DNA of 64,000 bases, taken from NCBI GenBank assembly GCA_947588275.1, contig CANPYJ010000003.1, positions 959 through 64,958 of the forward strand, in the 5' to 3' direction. Within the stretch, counting starts at the first letter, position 1; each line of letters starts with the position of its first letter. The stretch is from an uncultured Alphaproteobacteria bacterium (GTDB lineage: Bacteria; Pseudomonadota; Alphaproteobacteria; RF32; CAG-239). This document shows positions 36,619 through 46,787 of the stretch, piece by piece. The translations under genes and the position numbers were made by a program. The notes below the pieces were generated by a model. That model was given only the letters and a program-made list of their open reading frames with translations. It was not told the origin of the DNA and did not search any database.

Positions 36619-37296
36619 TCAACCCCATCGCCGACCGAGCAAATCATTGATTTTCTGCGCCACAGCCTCAATTGAACCGGTACCGTCCACGCAGCGCAAC
36701 AGGCCCTTCTCTTCAAAATACGGAATAGTCGGATATGTAAGCGCCCTATAATTGACGAGTCGGTTTTGCACAGTGGCGCGGTTGTCATCGATTCGGCGAT
36801 AAAACTCCGTACCGCCGCACTGGTCACAAACGCCGTATACCTTTGGTTTCTGAAACTTGTCGTGATAGCCGTGACCGCATTTCATGCAGGCATAGCGCCC
36901 CAAAATGCGCTCCATAATAATCTCGTCGGGAACCTGAATTTCGATCGCCGCATCAAGAGTAATCCCTTTGCTGGCAAGCATTTTTTCAAGTTCTTCGGCC
37001 TGCGGCAACGTGCGTGGAAATCCATCGAGAATAAAGCCATTTTTGCAATCGTCTTCGTCAATCCTCTTGGAGACCATGGCAATAATCATTTCATCCGTGG
37101 CAAAACCGCCTTTGTCCAGCGTCTCTTTGAGGATGCGGCCTTCCGGAGTCGGTTTGGCGGCCTCGGCACGCAGCATCTCGCCGGTTGAAAGATGACAAAT
37201 TCCGGCTCTCTCCTTAAGCAGGCGCGCCTGAGTGCCTTTTCCGCACCCCGGCGCACCGGTCAAAACGATGTGCAATCCGTTGCCGTTTTTGCTCAT
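36619..37296 (-). CDS. adk: Adenylate kinase (Zn-lid type)
   Basis: P-loop GAPGCGKGTQ and a lid with CMKCG...CDQCGG. Confidence 0.93.
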   Translation of the reverse strand: MSKNGNGLHIVLTGAPGCGKGTQARLLKERAGICHLSTGEMLRAEAAKPTPEGRILKETLDKGGFATDEMIIAMVSKRIDEDDCKNGFILDGFPRTLPQAEELEKMLASKGITLDAAIEIQVPDEIIMERILGRYACMKCGHGYHDKFQKPKVYGVCDQCGGTEFYRRIDDNRATVQNRLVNYRALTYPTIPYFEEKGLLRCVDGTGSIEAVAQKINDLLGRRWG

Positions 37297-37297
37297 T

Positions 37298-38647
37298 TTA
37301 TCTTCTCTTGCGATTGGCCAGTGAAGCTTTGCGAATCAGAGACTCGTATTGATAAGCAATCAGATGCGACTGAATCTGAGTTACAAAATCCATTGTCACC
37401 TGCACCACAATGAGCAGAGTCGTGCCGCCCAAAACAAACGGCACCGCCAGCTTGCTGATGAGAATCTCGGGCAAAATGCACAATCCGACCAAATAAACCG
37501 CGCCCAAAACCGTCAGACGGGTAATCACATAGTCAAGATATTCGGCCGTATTTTTGCCCGGACGGATACCGGCGACAAACCCGCCGTGCTTTTTGAGGTT
37601 ATCGGCGGTTTCTTCCGGATTGAACACAATTGCGGTATAGAAAAATGCAAAAAACGCAATCAAAAACGCATACAAAGCCAAATACAGAGGCTGTCCGTGC
37701 CCGAGCATACGGCTCAGTTCCTGAACCCACGTCGGCCCGTTTTCGGCACTAAAGTTGGCGATGGTAATCGGCAACAGCAGCAACGAGCTGGCAAAAATCG
37801 GCGGAATAACGCCGGTTGGGTTAATTTTAAGCGGCAAATGCGAGCTTTCGGCTGCGGCCATCCGCCCCATTGCCTGACGTTTAGGATATTGAATGATGAT
37901 TTTGCGCTGAGCGCGTTCCACCAGCACAATCAGATAAATCAGAGCCAAAACCATGGCCATCAACATCAAAATCACCGGCGCCGACATTGAGCCTACCCGC
38001 CCGAGTTCGAATGTTTGCGCCAAAGCCGCCGGAATATTGGCAATAATACCGACGGTAATAATCAGCGACGAACCGTTGCCAACGCCGCGCGCCGTAATCT
38101 GCTCGCCCAGCCAGACGATAAACATCGTGCCGCCGACCAGCGAAACAATAGTTGTAAAGCGAAACACAAATCCGGGCATAACCACCGCCGACAAACCGGC
38201 CGAACCGGTCATGCTCTCAAGCCCGACGGCAATGCCATAGCCCTGAACGATGGTAATCAAAACGGTCAAATAACGAGTATATTGCGTCACTTTGCGGTGG
38301 CCGGCCTCGCCTTCTTTTTTGAGGGCTTGCAGCGACGGCACCACCGACTGCCCGAGTTGGATGATGATGGAGGCCGAGATATAGGGCATAATGTTAAGGG
38401 CAAAAATGGTCATACGCTCAAGCGCGCCGCCGGCAAACATATTAAACATTCCCAAAATTCCGCCCGAATTGCGGTCAAAAATTTCGGCCAAAATGTGCGG
38501 ATCAATCCCCGGCAAAGGAATAAACGTACCCAGCCGAAAGACAATCAGCGCCAAAATCGTAAACCACAATCTTTTCTTAAGTTCTTCTGCCTTGCCGAAA
38601 GCCGACATATCTAAATTGGCGGCCATTTTCTCTGCCAGTGAAACCAT
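37298..38647 (-). CDS. secY: Preprotein translocase subunit SecY
   Basis: ELKKRLWFTILALIVFRLGTFIPLPGID, 10 TM. ATG at 38647 is preferred over the track's upstream start. Confidence 0.93.
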   Translation of the reverse strand: MVSLAEKMAANLDMSAFGKAEELKKRLWFTILALIVFRLGTFIPLPGIDPHILAEIFDRNSGGILGMFNMFAGGALERMTIFALNIMPYISASIIIQLGQSVVPSLQALKKEGEAGHRKVTQYTRYLTVLITIVQGYGIAVGLESMTGSAGLSAVVMPGFVFRFTTIVSLVGGTMFIVWLGEQITARGVGNGSSLIITVGIIANIPAALAQTFELGRVGSMSAPVILMLMAMVLALIYLIVLVERAQRKIIIQYPKRQAMGRMAAAESSHLPLKINPTGVIPPIFASSLLLLPITIANFSAENGPTWVQELSRMLGHGQPLYLALYAFLIAFFAFFYTAIVFNPEETADNLKKHGGFVAGIRPGKNTAEYLDYVITRLTVLGAVYLVGLCILPEILISKLAVPFVLGGTTLLIVVQVTMDFVTQIQSHLIAYQYESLIRKASLANRKRR

Positions 38648-38788
38648 TTTTGTATCCTTATCTGTCAATAAATTATCTTCAAGCATAAATATGCTCAATA
38701 CTGCCTAATGTAATACACTAAAAAAAAATTTATGCAACTAATTTATCTTTATCCCGAGAAAAGCACAAAAAAACGATTCTTTTTTTTG

Positions 38789-38817
38789 TTGCAACGACAC
38801 GCCGAATGTGGTATATT
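38789..38817 (+). promoter_or_regulatory. Candidate sigma70 promoter with a leader of about 320 nt to the 39138 ORF
   Basis: TTGCAA, 17 nt spacer, TATATT. Confidence 0.4.
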
Positions 38818-39137
38818 TTTTCAACGTAGAAAATTATTATGAAGTTATTTTGCGCTTGCCGCATTGTGGCTTTTCATAATAGCAAATTAATCTCGTCCGA
38901 CCGGCAGAAATCAAAAAAGGTTTATGCCGCTTCAATAAAATCATAACTCGACAAAACAGATGTTCGGTCACCGCGTCAATTAAGGATTAAGCTGTAACAT
39001 CCGGCAATTTCAATGAAATTTGCTTTTTGACCGCCCCTTGGCCTTCGGGCTTTGATCTGTGCGTCCTTTATGCGCTTTTATTGATCGCGCCATAAATACT
39101 CCTGACTGAAACCTGTCTGACAAAATCAATTTTTACT

Positions 39138-40004
39138 ATGAAACAGAACATGCAAATCGCCTCAGTGTTCCGAAGCAATCTCAAAGAACGCGGCTACAAA
39201 GCATTTGAAGCCGATTACAAAATTGTCCTGTTCGACGCGTCGGTTATTACATGCCACTATGCAACCGACGGCGAAAATTTCCGTCTGGAATACACGGATC
39301 CGCTGACAGACAATTCGACCGACTATTGGCTGATTAAAAACGACAACCTCCCCGTCGCGATAAAAGAGGATGTCTTCAAAAAAATCTGCCCCGACGGCAC
39401 CAATGAAGAAAAAAACATCTTCCTTTACGGAAAAGATGAAGGCTCAAAAATCAACGATTTTAAAAATTGGATTGTCGAGCACAACATCTGCACGCCCGAA
39501 ATCACGATGGAAGTGTTCAAAAAAATCGGCCCGTGGAAAATGGCTCAAACTCGCTGGGAGTACAAAAGCGTCAACGGCGGTCGCAACAGCATAATCCGTC
39601 TGACAAGAGAAACAGACTTTTATGATGTTACGATTTTCCGAAGCGCCGACACAACCAAGATTTTAAGCATTCTCAAAGTAGATGTGGCCGCCGAACGCAT
39701 ACAGCTGAGCAACCGTTACAAGCAAATTTATGCTTTGGCTCAAAAAGCCGGTGTCGGATATCAGGCAGCCTCGACGTTGAAAGATCCTTTCGGTGACGAC
39801 GAAACAAACATCGCGGCACTCAAAGCAGCCAAAGAAGTGCATGAGCAAATTCTGTCCGACGAGATCTGCCACGAACTGACAAAATGCGGAATTGCCCGCC
39901 GCACGGCCGCCATCCGCACACTTCTGGGAAAGCATGCGGAGGCGTTCGTTCTGGAAGGACAAATCCGCAATCGACGATTGGCCGAGTTTTTGGCTAATGT
40001 ATAA
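39138..40004 (+). CDS. Hypothetical cytoplasmic protein (288 aa) inserted between secY and rplO
   Basis: Long ORF on the strand opposite to the ribosomal genes, with a strong terminator 8 nt after the stop. No family recognised. Confidence 0.5.
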   Translation: MKQNMQIASVFRSNLKERGYKAFEADYKIVLFDASVITCHYATDGENFRLEYTDPLTDNSTDYWLIKNDNLPVAIKEDVFKKICPDGTNEEKNIFLYGKDEGSKINDFKNWIVEHNICTPEITMEVFKKIGPWKMAQTRWEYKSVNGGRNSIIRLTRETDFYDVTIFRSADTTKILSILKVDVAAERIQLSNRYKQIYALAQKAGVGYQAASTLKDPFGDDETNIAALKAAKEVHEQILSDEICHELTKCGIARRTAAIRTLLGKHAEAFVLEGQIRNRRLAEFLANV

Positions 40005-40011
40005 ATCTTGC

Positions 40012-40045
40012 AAAAAAAAAGACCGGAACGTTCCGGTCTTTTTTT
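40012..40045 (+). terminator. Rho-independent terminator
   Basis: GACCGGAA-CG-TTCCGGTC flanked by an A-run and a T-run. Confidence 0.8.
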
Positions 40046-40053
40046 ATGATTCG

Positions 40054-40085
40054 CAACAAAAAACGGTTTCTTTCGAAACCGTTTT
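40054..40085 (-). terminator. Terminator for the small minus-strand membrane-protein gene
   Basis: AAACGGTTTC / GAAACCGTTT 10-bp stem, with a T-run on the minus strand. Confidence 0.65.
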
Positions 40086-40096
40086 GAGCCAATGTC

Positions 40097-40321
40097 CTAG
40101 TGCAGATACCGATTGCGCAGTTTGTGCACAACAAGAGCTCCCAGAGCCACATAAGCAGCAATTCCTGCCACAATAAATGATATTGAGGATACCACCTGAT
40201 TTCCATTGTAACCGGTTACCCAGAATACCACCACACCAATCGCAGCAACAGTAAGCGCCGCACAAAAAATTTTTTCTGTTTTTTCCATCTTAATATTTTT
40301 TAAATTAGACATTATTTTCAT
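40097..40321 (-). CDS. Small 2-TM membrane protein (74 aa or shorter)
   Basis: Two hydrophobic helices (IFCAALTVAAIGVVVFWV; ISFIVAGIAAYVALGALVV). Alternative starts at M4 and M12. No family recognised. Confidence 0.4.
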   Translation of the reverse strand: MKIMSNLKNIKMEKTEKIFCAALTVAAIGVVVFWVTGYNGNQVVSSISFIVAGIAAYVALGALVVHKLRNRYLH

Positions 40322-40411
40322 ATCAGAAAAATAACAACTCTGACAGAATGATAAGAATTAATAATTTTATTTAGGATTAATATACCATATCTACTCCCTA
40401 AATGCAAGCGC

Positions 40412-40442
40412 AAAAAAAAGCGGAAACAATTCCGCTTTTTTT
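40412..40442 (-). terminator. Symmetric terminator directly downstream of rplO
   Basis: GCGGAA-ACAA-TTCCGC flanked by A8 and T9 runs. Confidence 0.7.
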
Positions 40443-40460
40443 CTTAAACTTATTTGTGTC

Positions 40461-40916
40461 TTAAGCCACAATAGCAACTTTGCCGCCGGCCTTTTCAACC
40501 GCCGCGACAGCTGCTTTGGAGGCTGAGTTGACGCTGATGTTTGCCTTGGAGGTAATCGCGCCGCGCGCAAGCAACCGCACGCCGCTCAAAGTCTTGCTGA
40601 TCAGACCGGCATTCTTCAACGCCTCAATATTAACATCTTCAGCTTTCAACTTGCCGGCATCAATGGCTTTTTGAATGGTATCCAGATTGACCACCGCATA
40701 AACTTTGGCAAACGGATTCTTAAAACCGCGTTTGGGCAAACGACGGTAAATCGGCATCTGGCCGCCTTCAAAACCATTGATAGCAACACCCGAACGCGCT
40801 TTCTGACCTTTTTGGCCGTGACCGGAAGTCTTGCCCGTCCCGCTGCCGATGCCGCGGCCGACGCGCTTAACATTCTTTTTGGCGCCTTCGTTATCTCTAA
40901 TCTCGTTTAATTTCAT
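40461..40916 (-). CDS. rplO: 50S ribosomal protein L15
   Basis: [14 protein letters not shown]...[20 protein letters not shown]. Confidence 0.95.
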   Translation of the reverse strand: MKLNEIRDNEGAKKNVKRVGRGIGSGTGKTSGHGQKGQKARSGVAINGFEGGQMPIYRRLPKRGFKNPFAKVYAVVNLDTIQKAIDAGKLKAEDVNIEALKNAGLISKTLSGVRLLARGAITSKANISVNSASKAAVAAVEKAGGKVAIVA

Positions 40917-40950
40917 AACTTTTCACCTTTTTAACTAGCTATAAGCCCGT

Positions 40951-41032
40951 CCAAGCCTCGGGCTGTCGAAATTTGATAGACGCGACGTCATTTCGCTCGC
41001 CAATTCTCAAATTCTACAGCCCCAAAGCCTGG
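40951..41032. repeat. 82-bp imperfect palindromic element in the rpmD-rplO spacer
   Basis: The arms are CCAAGCCTCGGGCTGTCGAAATTTGA and TCAAATTCTACAGCCCCAAAGCCTGG. They flank a core of about 30 nt that contains GACGTC. Confidence 0.5.
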
Positions 41033-41040
41033 CAAACTCC

Positions 41041-41232
41041 CTATTCTTCGACCTTAACCAAATGAGCGACTTTTCTAATCATGCCGCGGACCGACGGAGT
41101 GTCTTCCAACTCCGACGTCCGATTCATCTTGTTCAGGCCAAGACCAATCAAAGTGGCTCTTTGAATGGCCGGACGACCAATCGGACTTCTGATTTGGGTG
41201 ACTTTAATTGTTTTTTTCTTCTTCTCAACCAT
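41041..41232 (-). CDS. rpmD: 50S ribosomal protein L30
   Basis: [12 protein letters not shown]...TLIGLGL. Confidence 0.93.
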   Translation of the reverse strand: MVEKKKKTIKVTQIRSPIGRPAIQRATLIGLGLNKMNRTSELEDTPSVRGMIRKVAHLVKVEE

Positions 41233-41237
41233 AATCT

Positions 41238-41807
41238 TTAGGCCTCCTCAATCGCAAGTTTGGCATTTGCGGTGTTCTCGCGACGGCTGACAATATCACC
41301 CACCTTTTTGCCGCGTTTGGCTGCAACCATACGGGGCGAGTTGATGGACTCCAGCGCATTGAACGTCGCCTTAATCATATTGTAGGGATTGTTTGATCCA
41401 ACCGACTTGGCAACCACATCCTGAACACCCAAAACCTCAAAGATGGCACGCATCGGGCCGCCGGCAATAACACCGGTACCGGCAGGTGCGGTTCTCAGAT
41501 ATACTTTGCCTGCACCGTAGCGGCCGGCAATGTCGTGATGCAGAGTTCTGCCCTCACGCAGCGGAATCCGAACCATATTCTTTTTGGCTTCATTAGTCGC
41601 TTTGGTAATAGCCTCGGGAACTTCGCTGGCTTTGCCGGAACCAAATCCGACGCGGCCTTTTTGGTCGCCCACGACAACGATTGCGGCAAACGACATCGTG
41701 CGTCCGCCCTTAACCGTCTTGGCCACACGGTTGATATGAACCAGTTTTTCAACCAATTCATCTTTCTTTTCCGTCTTATTATGACGATCTACAGCTTGTT
41801 GTGCCAT
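41238..41807 (-). CDS. rpsE: 30S ribosomal protein S5
   Basis: [12 protein letters not shown] ... [13 protein letters not shown]. Confidence 0.95.
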   Translation of the reverse strand: MAQQAVDRHNKTEKKDELVEKLVHINRVAKTVKGGRTMSFAAIVVVGDQKGRVGFGSGKASEVPEAITKATNEAKKNMVRIPLREGRTLHHDIAGRYGAGKVYLRTAPAGTGVIAGGPMRAIFEVLGVQDVVAKSVGSNNPYNMIKATFNALESINSPRMVAAKRGKKVGDIVSRRENTANAKLAIEEA

Positions 41808-41818
41808 TTTTCAAACTC

Positions 41819-42181
41819 CTAGAATTTCAAACCGGCAGCACGAGCTGCGTCAGCCAATGCCTTGACTCGGCCGTGATAGATATAACCGCCGCGGTCAAAG
41901 ACAACTTCGGTCACGCCGTTTTTGAGAGCGCGTTCGGCAACCAGTTTGCCAATATAGCTTGCGGCCTCAATGTTGGACGACTTCTTGATGTTGTCGCGCA
42001 CTTCTTTTTCCAAAGTGGAAGCCGAAGCAACCGTTGCGCCTTTTGTATCGTCAATAATTTGAGCGTATACATGCATATTGCTGCGGAAAACCGACAATCT
42101 CATCTTGCCGCCGGCAGCTTTTTTAAGAGCAGACCGAACGCGGCCTTTTCTCTTTTCAAACAATTCTTTTGGCGTACTCAT
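41819..42181 (-). CDS. rplR: 50S ribosomal protein L18
   Basis: [18 protein letters not shown] ... [20 protein letters not shown]. Confidence 0.95.
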   Translation of the reverse strand: MSTPKELFEKRKGRVRSALKKAAGGKMRLSVFRSNMHVYAQIIDDTKGATVASASTLEKEVRDNIKKSSNIEAASYIGKLVAERALKNGVTEVVFDRGGYIYHGRVKALADAARAAGLKF

Positions 42182-42192
42182 TCCACTATTCC

Positions 42193-42732
42193 TTATTTCT
42201 TCTTGCCTTCTTTGCGGCGGATATATTCGTTTTCATACTTAACGCCTTTGCCTTTGTACGGCTCCGGTTTTCTGAACTTGCGAACTTCCGACGCAAACTG
42301 GCCGACGAGTTGCTTATCTGCACCCGAGATAGTAATCTGGGTAGCGCTCGGGCAGCTGACCTTGATGCCCTTCGGCGCTTCAACCGGCACATCGTGAGAA
42401 AAACCGAGCGACAAAACAAGCTTGTTGCTGCCCTCAACGCGCGCCTTATAACCAACGCCGACCAGCTCCAGATTCTTTGAAAATCCTTCGTTGACGCCTT
42501 TGACAATACTGTTGATGTTAGCACGTGTCGTACCCCACAAAGCGCGAGCCTGCTGAGTTTCGACTTTTGGCGTAACCACAATCTTATTGTCTTTGACTTC
42601 AACATTGATATGATTAGCGTCAAAATGCTGGCTCAACTCGCCGAGCTTGCCGCTGACCTTTACCATATTGCCTTCAAGGGTGACTTTGACACCATCAGGA
42701 ATGATAACCGGATATTTACCTACTCTAGACAT
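42193..42732 (-). CDS. rplF: 50S ribosomal protein L6
   Basis: [17 protein letters not shown] ... [11 protein letters not shown]. Confidence 0.95.
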   Translation of the reverse strand: MSRVGKYPVIIPDGVKVTLEGNMVKVSGKLGELSQHFDANHINVEVKDNKIVVTPKVETQQARALWGTTRANINSIVKGVNEGFSKNLELVGVGYKARVEGSNKLVLSLGFSHDVPVEAPKGIKVSCPSATQITISGADKQLVGQFASEVRKFRKPEPYKGKGVKYENEYIRRKEGKKK

Positions 42733-42744
42733 CCTGTTTCTCCC

Positions 42745-43143
42745 TTAAAATACCTGGCACAAAATTTCGCCGCCGACATTGGCTTTGCGAGCTTCGTTGT
42801 CGCTCATGACGCCTGCCGGAGTCGAAATGATGGAAATGCCAAGACCGTTGTATACCCGCGGCAAATCTTTGACGCTGGAATAAACCCGGCGCCCCGGAGT
42901 GGATACACGGTAAATTTCAGTAATAACCGAAGAACCTTCATGATACTTCAGTTTAATGTGAAGTTCATCAACGCCGGGGCGTACATTGACTCTCTCATAG
43001 CCCATAATGTAGCCTTCTTTCTTGAGAACTTCCAAAACATTCTCACGCAGGCGGGAAGCCGGAGATACAACCTCAGACTTTTTCGCTCTCTGCGCGTTTC
43101 TAATGCGGGTGAGCATATCGCCCAAAGGATCAGACATAGACAT
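42745..43143 (-). CDS. rpsH: 30S ribosomal protein S8
   Basis: [14 protein letters not shown] ... GGEILCQVF. Confidence 0.95.
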   Translation of the reverse strand: MSMSDPLGDMLTRIRNAQRAKKSEVVSPASRLRENVLEVLKKEGYIMGYERVNVRPGVDELHIKLKYHEGSSVITEIYRVSTPGRRVYSSVKDLPRVYNGLGISIISTPAGVMSDNEARKANVGGEILCQVF

Positions 43144-43154
43144 ACCTCTTCCTC

Positions 43155-43460
43155 CTACCAGCTAGATTTCACCAAACCCGGAATCTCGCCAAAACTGGCC
43201 ATCTCGCGCAATTCGTTACGCGACAACTCAAACTTCCGGTATACACCACGAGAACGCCCCGTCAGCTTGCAGCGATTCCGATAACGAATGCGTGCAGAGT
43301 TGCGCGGCAGCTCGGCTAATTTCAAAGTAGCTTGGAATCTCTCTTCCGGAGAGATGGTTTTATCCATAACTATCTTTTTGAGCTTGGAACGGCGCGAAGC
43401 AAACTTGGCGGCCATTTTAGCTCTTTTCAGATTTCTGAAAACTGAACTCGTTTTTGCCAT
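43155..43460 (-). CDS. rpsN: 30S ribosomal protein S14 (long, non-zinc form)
   Basis: [26 protein letters not shown]...GLVKSSW. Confidence 0.95.
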   Translation of the reverse strand: MAKTSSVFRNLKRAKMAAKFASRRSKLKKIVMDKTISPEERFQATLKLAELPRNSARIRYRNRCKLTGRSRGVYRKFELSRNELREMASFGEIPGLVKSSW

Positions 43461-43472
43461 TTGGTATTCCTC

Positions 43473-44012
43473 TTACTTCTTATAAGGAAGGTTAAAGCCG
43501 GTCAGAAGCGCCTTGGCTTCTTCGTCTGTTTTGGCCGAAGTGCAGATGCAAATGTCCATACCGCGGATGTTCTCAACTTTATCATAGTTAATTTCCGGAA
43601 AGATAATCTGCTCTTTGATACCAAAGGCAAAATTGCCCCGGCCGTCAAAATTTTTGCCGGTAATGCCGTGAAAGTCACGAACGCGCGGCAAAGCCATGTT
43701 AACCAGTCTTTCCAAAAATTCATACATTCTGGTAGAACGTAACGTGACTTTGCAGCCAATCGGCATGCCTTCTCTAACCTTAAACGTTGCGATTGATTTG
43801 CGGGCTTTGGTCATAACCGGTTTCTGACCGGCAATCAAGGCCAATTCTTCCATCGCGTTGTTCAGTTTTTTCTTATCGGTAACGGCATCGCCGACACCGA
43901 CGTTCAGTACAATTTTAGTCAGTTTCGGAATCTCATGTGGGTTGGTGTAACCGAATTTCTCCACAAGAGATTTTTTTATGACTTCATTATACAATGTTTC
44001 AAAATTTGCCAT
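43473..44012 (-). CDS. rplE: 50S ribosomal protein L5
   Basis: [40 protein letters not shown] at 44012 follows a GGGAGA SD. Confidence 0.95.
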   Translation of the reverse strand: MANFETLYNEVIKKSLVEKFGYTNPHEIPKLTKIVLNVGVGDAVTDKKKLNNAMEELALIAGQKPVMTKARKSIATFKVREGMPIGCKVTLRSTRMYEFLERLVNMALPRVRDFHGITGKNFDGRGNFAFGIKEQIIFPEINYDKVENIRGMDICICTSAKTDEEAKALLTGFNLPYKK

Positions 44013-44026
44013 AAATTTTTCTCCCA

Positions 44027-44335
44027 TTAATCGATTACGTCACCGGTCTTGCGATTAACGCGCACCTTCTTGCCGTCAACAACCTTGTAACCGATTTTGA
44101 CAGCTTTGCCGTCTTTGGTCAAGGCCACGTTGGAAGCATGAATCGGTGCTTCTTTCGTAACAATTCCGCCCGGAGTGGTTTGGCTCGGTTTGGTGTGGCG
44201 TTTAACCAAATTGACACCCTGAACCACAACCTTGTTCTCTTTAGGCATAGCTTTTACGATTTCACCAGTTTTGCCCTTGTCGTCACCTGACAACACAACA
44301 ACTTGGTCACCTTTCTTAATCTTCAGTTTAGGCAT
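44027..44335 (-). CDS. rplX: 50S ribosomal protein L24
   Basis: [20 protein letters not shown] (KOW motif). Confidence 0.95.
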   Translation of the reverse strand: MPKLKIKKGDQVVVLSGDDKGKTGEIVKAMPKENKVVVQGVNLVKRHTKPSQTTPGGIVTKEAPIHASNVALTKDGKAVKIGYKVVDGKKVRVNRKTGDVID

Positions 44336-44703
44336 TACAATACCTCCGGTGCTAATGAAATAATTTTCATAAACTTCTTAGCACGCAGTTCTCTGGTCAC
44401 GGGACCGAAAATACGCGTACCAATCGGCTCGCCGTCTTTGTTAATCAAAACAGCGGCATTTTTGTCAAAGCGGATGACCGATCCGTCTTTGCGTCTGATG
44501 TCCGAAGAAGTGCGGACAATAACCGCCTTCATGACATCGCCTTTTTTGACACGACCCTTCGGAATAGCGTCTTTTACAGACACTACAATAACATCCCCGA
44601 CGGAAGCGTGCATTCTCTTGGACCCGCCAAGAACCTTAATGCACTGCACCTGACGAGCGCCCGAGTTGTCGGCCACATCAAGGTTGGTTTGCATCTGAAT
44701 CAT
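44335..44703 (-). CDS. rplN: 50S ribosomal protein L14
   Basis: [17 protein letters not shown]. Confidence 0.96.
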   Translation of the reverse strand: MIQMQTNLDVADNSGARQVQCIKVLGGSKRMHASVGDVIVVSVKDAIPKGRVKKGDVMKAVIVRTSSDIRRKDGSVIRFDKNAAVLINKDGEPIGTRIFGPVTRELRAKKFMKIISLAPEVL

Positions 44704-44765
44704 TTTTCAATTCCTTTTTTCTTTAGTTTAGCCAGCCTGTCTTGCGCGTTTCGGCTCAACAATCT

Positions 44766-44797
44766 TGGAAAAGGCAGAACTTGTTTTGGCCTCTGCC
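44766..44797 (-). terminator. Terminator-like hairpin at the S10/spc operon junction
   Basis: On the minus strand GGCAGA...TCTGCC followed by TTTT, nested inside a longer inverted repeat (TTAGCC...CTTGCGC / GCGCAAG...GGCTAA). Confidence 0.3.
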
Positions 44798-44845
44798 ACC
44801 CTGCTGATTATTTTGGCCTTCTGCGCAAGCGGCTAACCCTCTCTC

Positions 44846-45088
44846 TTAGGCGTTTGTATCATCAAACATTACTGTCCAGCACTTGGTCTTGGAATACGGC
44901 ACGGACTCAATAATCCGAACGATATCGCCGACTTTGCACTGGTTGTTTTCATCATGAGCCGCGTATTTTTTGCTCTTTTTGATGAACTTTTTATAAACAG
45001 GATGCATCACCTGACGCTCAACGCGCACAATGACGGTTTTGTCCTGTTTGTCGCTGACAACAACACCTTGAAGAATTCTTTTAGGCAT
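44846..45088 (-). CDS. rpsQ: 30S ribosomal protein S17
   Basis: [21 protein letters not shown]. Confidence 0.95.
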   Translation of the reverse strand: MPKRILQGVVVSDKQDKTVIVRVERQVMHPVYKKFIKKSKKYAAHDENNQCKVGDIVRIIESVPYSKTKCWTVMFDDTNA

Positions 45089-45100
45089 AGTCTTGTTCTC

Positions 45101-45298
45101 CTAACTGTTCTTCTTGCGCTCAGCGAGGAGCGTGTTGATTTTTGCCACTTCACGACGGACATTCTTCAAAACTGCGGTATTTTGCAGCTGTCCGGTAGAC
45201 TGTTGAACTCGGAGGTTAAACTGCTCTTTTTTGCATTCGACCAGTTTGGCCTCAAGCTCATCAATACTCATCGCACGAAGATCTTTAGTTTTTACCAT
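45101..45298 (-). CDS. rpmC: 50S ribosomal protein L29
   Basis: 65 aa, LRAMSIDELEAKLVECKKEQFNLR. Confidence 0.93.
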   Translation of the reverse strand: MVKTKDLRAMSIDELEAKLVECKKEQFNLRVQQSTGQLQNTAVLKNVRREVAKINTLLAERKKNS

Positions 45299-45300
45299 TT

Positions 45301-45726
45301 TTAGGCTCCTTGCTCTGAATTAAGTTTCTTTACAAACTTGGTCTTAATCGGCAGCTTGGCAGCACCGAGAGCAAACGCCGCACGCGCGGTCTCCTCATCA
45401 ATGCCTTCTGCTTCAAACAGAATGCGGCCGGGTTTAACTCTGGCAACCCAGAATTCTATAGAGCCTTTACCTTTACCCATACGAACCTCAGCCGGCTTGT
45501 CCGACACCGGAACATCTGGGAAAATCCGGATCCAAAGTCTTCCGACTCTTTTCATCTCACGGGTAATCGCACGACGTGCCGCTTCAATCTGGCGGGCGGT
45601 GATGCGATCCGGTGTCAGAGCCTTCAGTCCGAAAGAACCGAAATCTAAGCTCGATCCGCCTTTGGCCAGGCCGTGAATACGACCCTTATGCTGTTTGCGG
45701 AACTTTAATCTTTTAGGACATAACAT
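45301..45726 (-). CDS. rplP: 50S ribosomal protein L16
   Basis: [16 protein letters not shown]. Confidence 0.96.
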   Translation of the reverse strand: MLCPKRLKFRKQHKGRIHGLAKGGSSLDFGSFGLKALTPDRITARQIEAARRAITREMKRVGRLWIRIFPDVPVSDKPAEVRMGKGKGSIEFWVARVKPGRILFEAEGIDEETARAAFALGAAKLPIKTKFVKKLNSEQGA

Positions 45727-45737
45727 TTCTCTATTCC

Positions 45738-46406
45738 TTATTTCTGATCAGCCAGTTTTTTGTCCTGAGCCATCGGATCATGAGCCATAATTTCACCCTT
45801 ATAGATCCACACTTTTACGCCGCAGGCGCCATAAGTGGTATGCGCGGTCGAAGTTGCGTAGTCAATATCGGCACGCAGGGTGTGCAAAGGCACGCGACCT
45901 TCGCGATAATGCTCGGTACGAGCAATTTCGGCACCGCCCAGACGTCCTGAACAGCACACTTTAATACCTTCGGCTCCCAAGCGCAAAGCCGACTGCATAA
46001 CGCGTTTCATCGCACGGCGGAAAGCGACGCGGCGTTCCAACTGCTGCGCAACGCTGTCAGCAACCAACTTGGCATCCAGCTCCGGTTTTCTGACTTCAAG
46101 AATATTCAACTGAACTTCAGAGTCCGTCATTTTCTGAATTTCTTTGCGCAAAAGCTCGATATCCTGGCCTTTTTTGCCGATAACCACACCCGGACGCGCC
46201 GAATGAATGGTCACGCGAGCCTTTTTGGCCGGCCGTTCAATCACGATTTTGCTGATACCGGCCTGCGCCAGTTTCTTCTTCAGAAATTCTTTAATTTTCA
46301 CGTCTTCGTGCAGGTAGTCAGAATACTTGTCATCTGCATACCAGCGGGAATCCCATGTCCGGTTAACCCCAAGGCGAAGACTGGTAGGATTTACTTTTTG
46401 TCCCAT
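45738..46406 (-). CDS. rpsC: 30S ribosomal protein S3
   Basis: [13 protein letters not shown] start at 46406, with a KH domain. Confidence 0.95.
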   Translation of the reverse strand: MGQKVNPTSLRLGVNRTWDSRWYADDKYSDYLHEDVKIKEFLKKKLAQAGISKIVIERPAKKARVTIHSARPGVVIGKKGQDIELLRKEIQKMTDSEVQLNILEVRKPELDAKLVADSVAQQLERRVAFRRAMKRVMQSALRLGAEGIKVCCSGRLGGAEIARTEHYREGRVPLHTLRADIDYATSTAHTTYGACGVKVWIYKGEIMAHDPMAQDKKLADQK

Positions 46407-46410
46407 CGAC

Positions 46411-46785
46411 TTACTCCCCACACTCGGCAACGACAATGGTCATATTGGAGAAGGGTTTCAATACCCGGGCTCCCCGTCCACGGCCTCTGGCGTGCATACG
46501 TTTCATCACTAACCCTTTGCCCACATAAGCTTCTTTAACAATCAGCTTATCAATGTTCAATTGGTGGTTATTTTCGGCATTGGCAATCGCCGAACGCAAA
46601 ACCGCCAACGCGATTTTAGCGATTCTCTTCTTCGAAAAGCTCAGTTCGGCAACCGCCTTCGAGGCACTCAGACCGCGAATGGATTCGGCAACCAGATTCA
46701 GCTTGCGCGGAGAAGTGCGGATGGAGTGGCAAACGGCCAAAGCCTCGTTTGCGGCAACTCTTCTTGCGTCTTTAGACTTACTCAT
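46411..46785 (-). CDS. rplV: 50S ribosomal protein L22
   Basis: [14 protein letters not shown] ... [23 protein letters not shown]. Confidence 0.95.
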   Translation of the reverse strand: MSKSKDARRVAANEALAVCHSIRTSPRKLNLVAESIRGLSASKAVAELSFSKKRIAKIALAVLRSAIANAENNHQLNIDKLIVKEAYVGKGLVMKRMHARGRGRGARVLKPFSNMTIVVAECGE

Positions 46786-46787
46786 CG

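Noticed and set aside
38839-38946. 35-codon ORF (MKLFCACRIVAFHNSKLISSDRQKSKKVYAASIKS) in the leader of the 39138 gene.
   Set aside because: It has no SD and no recognisable family, and the composition looks random. It is kept only as a remark in the finding on the leader.
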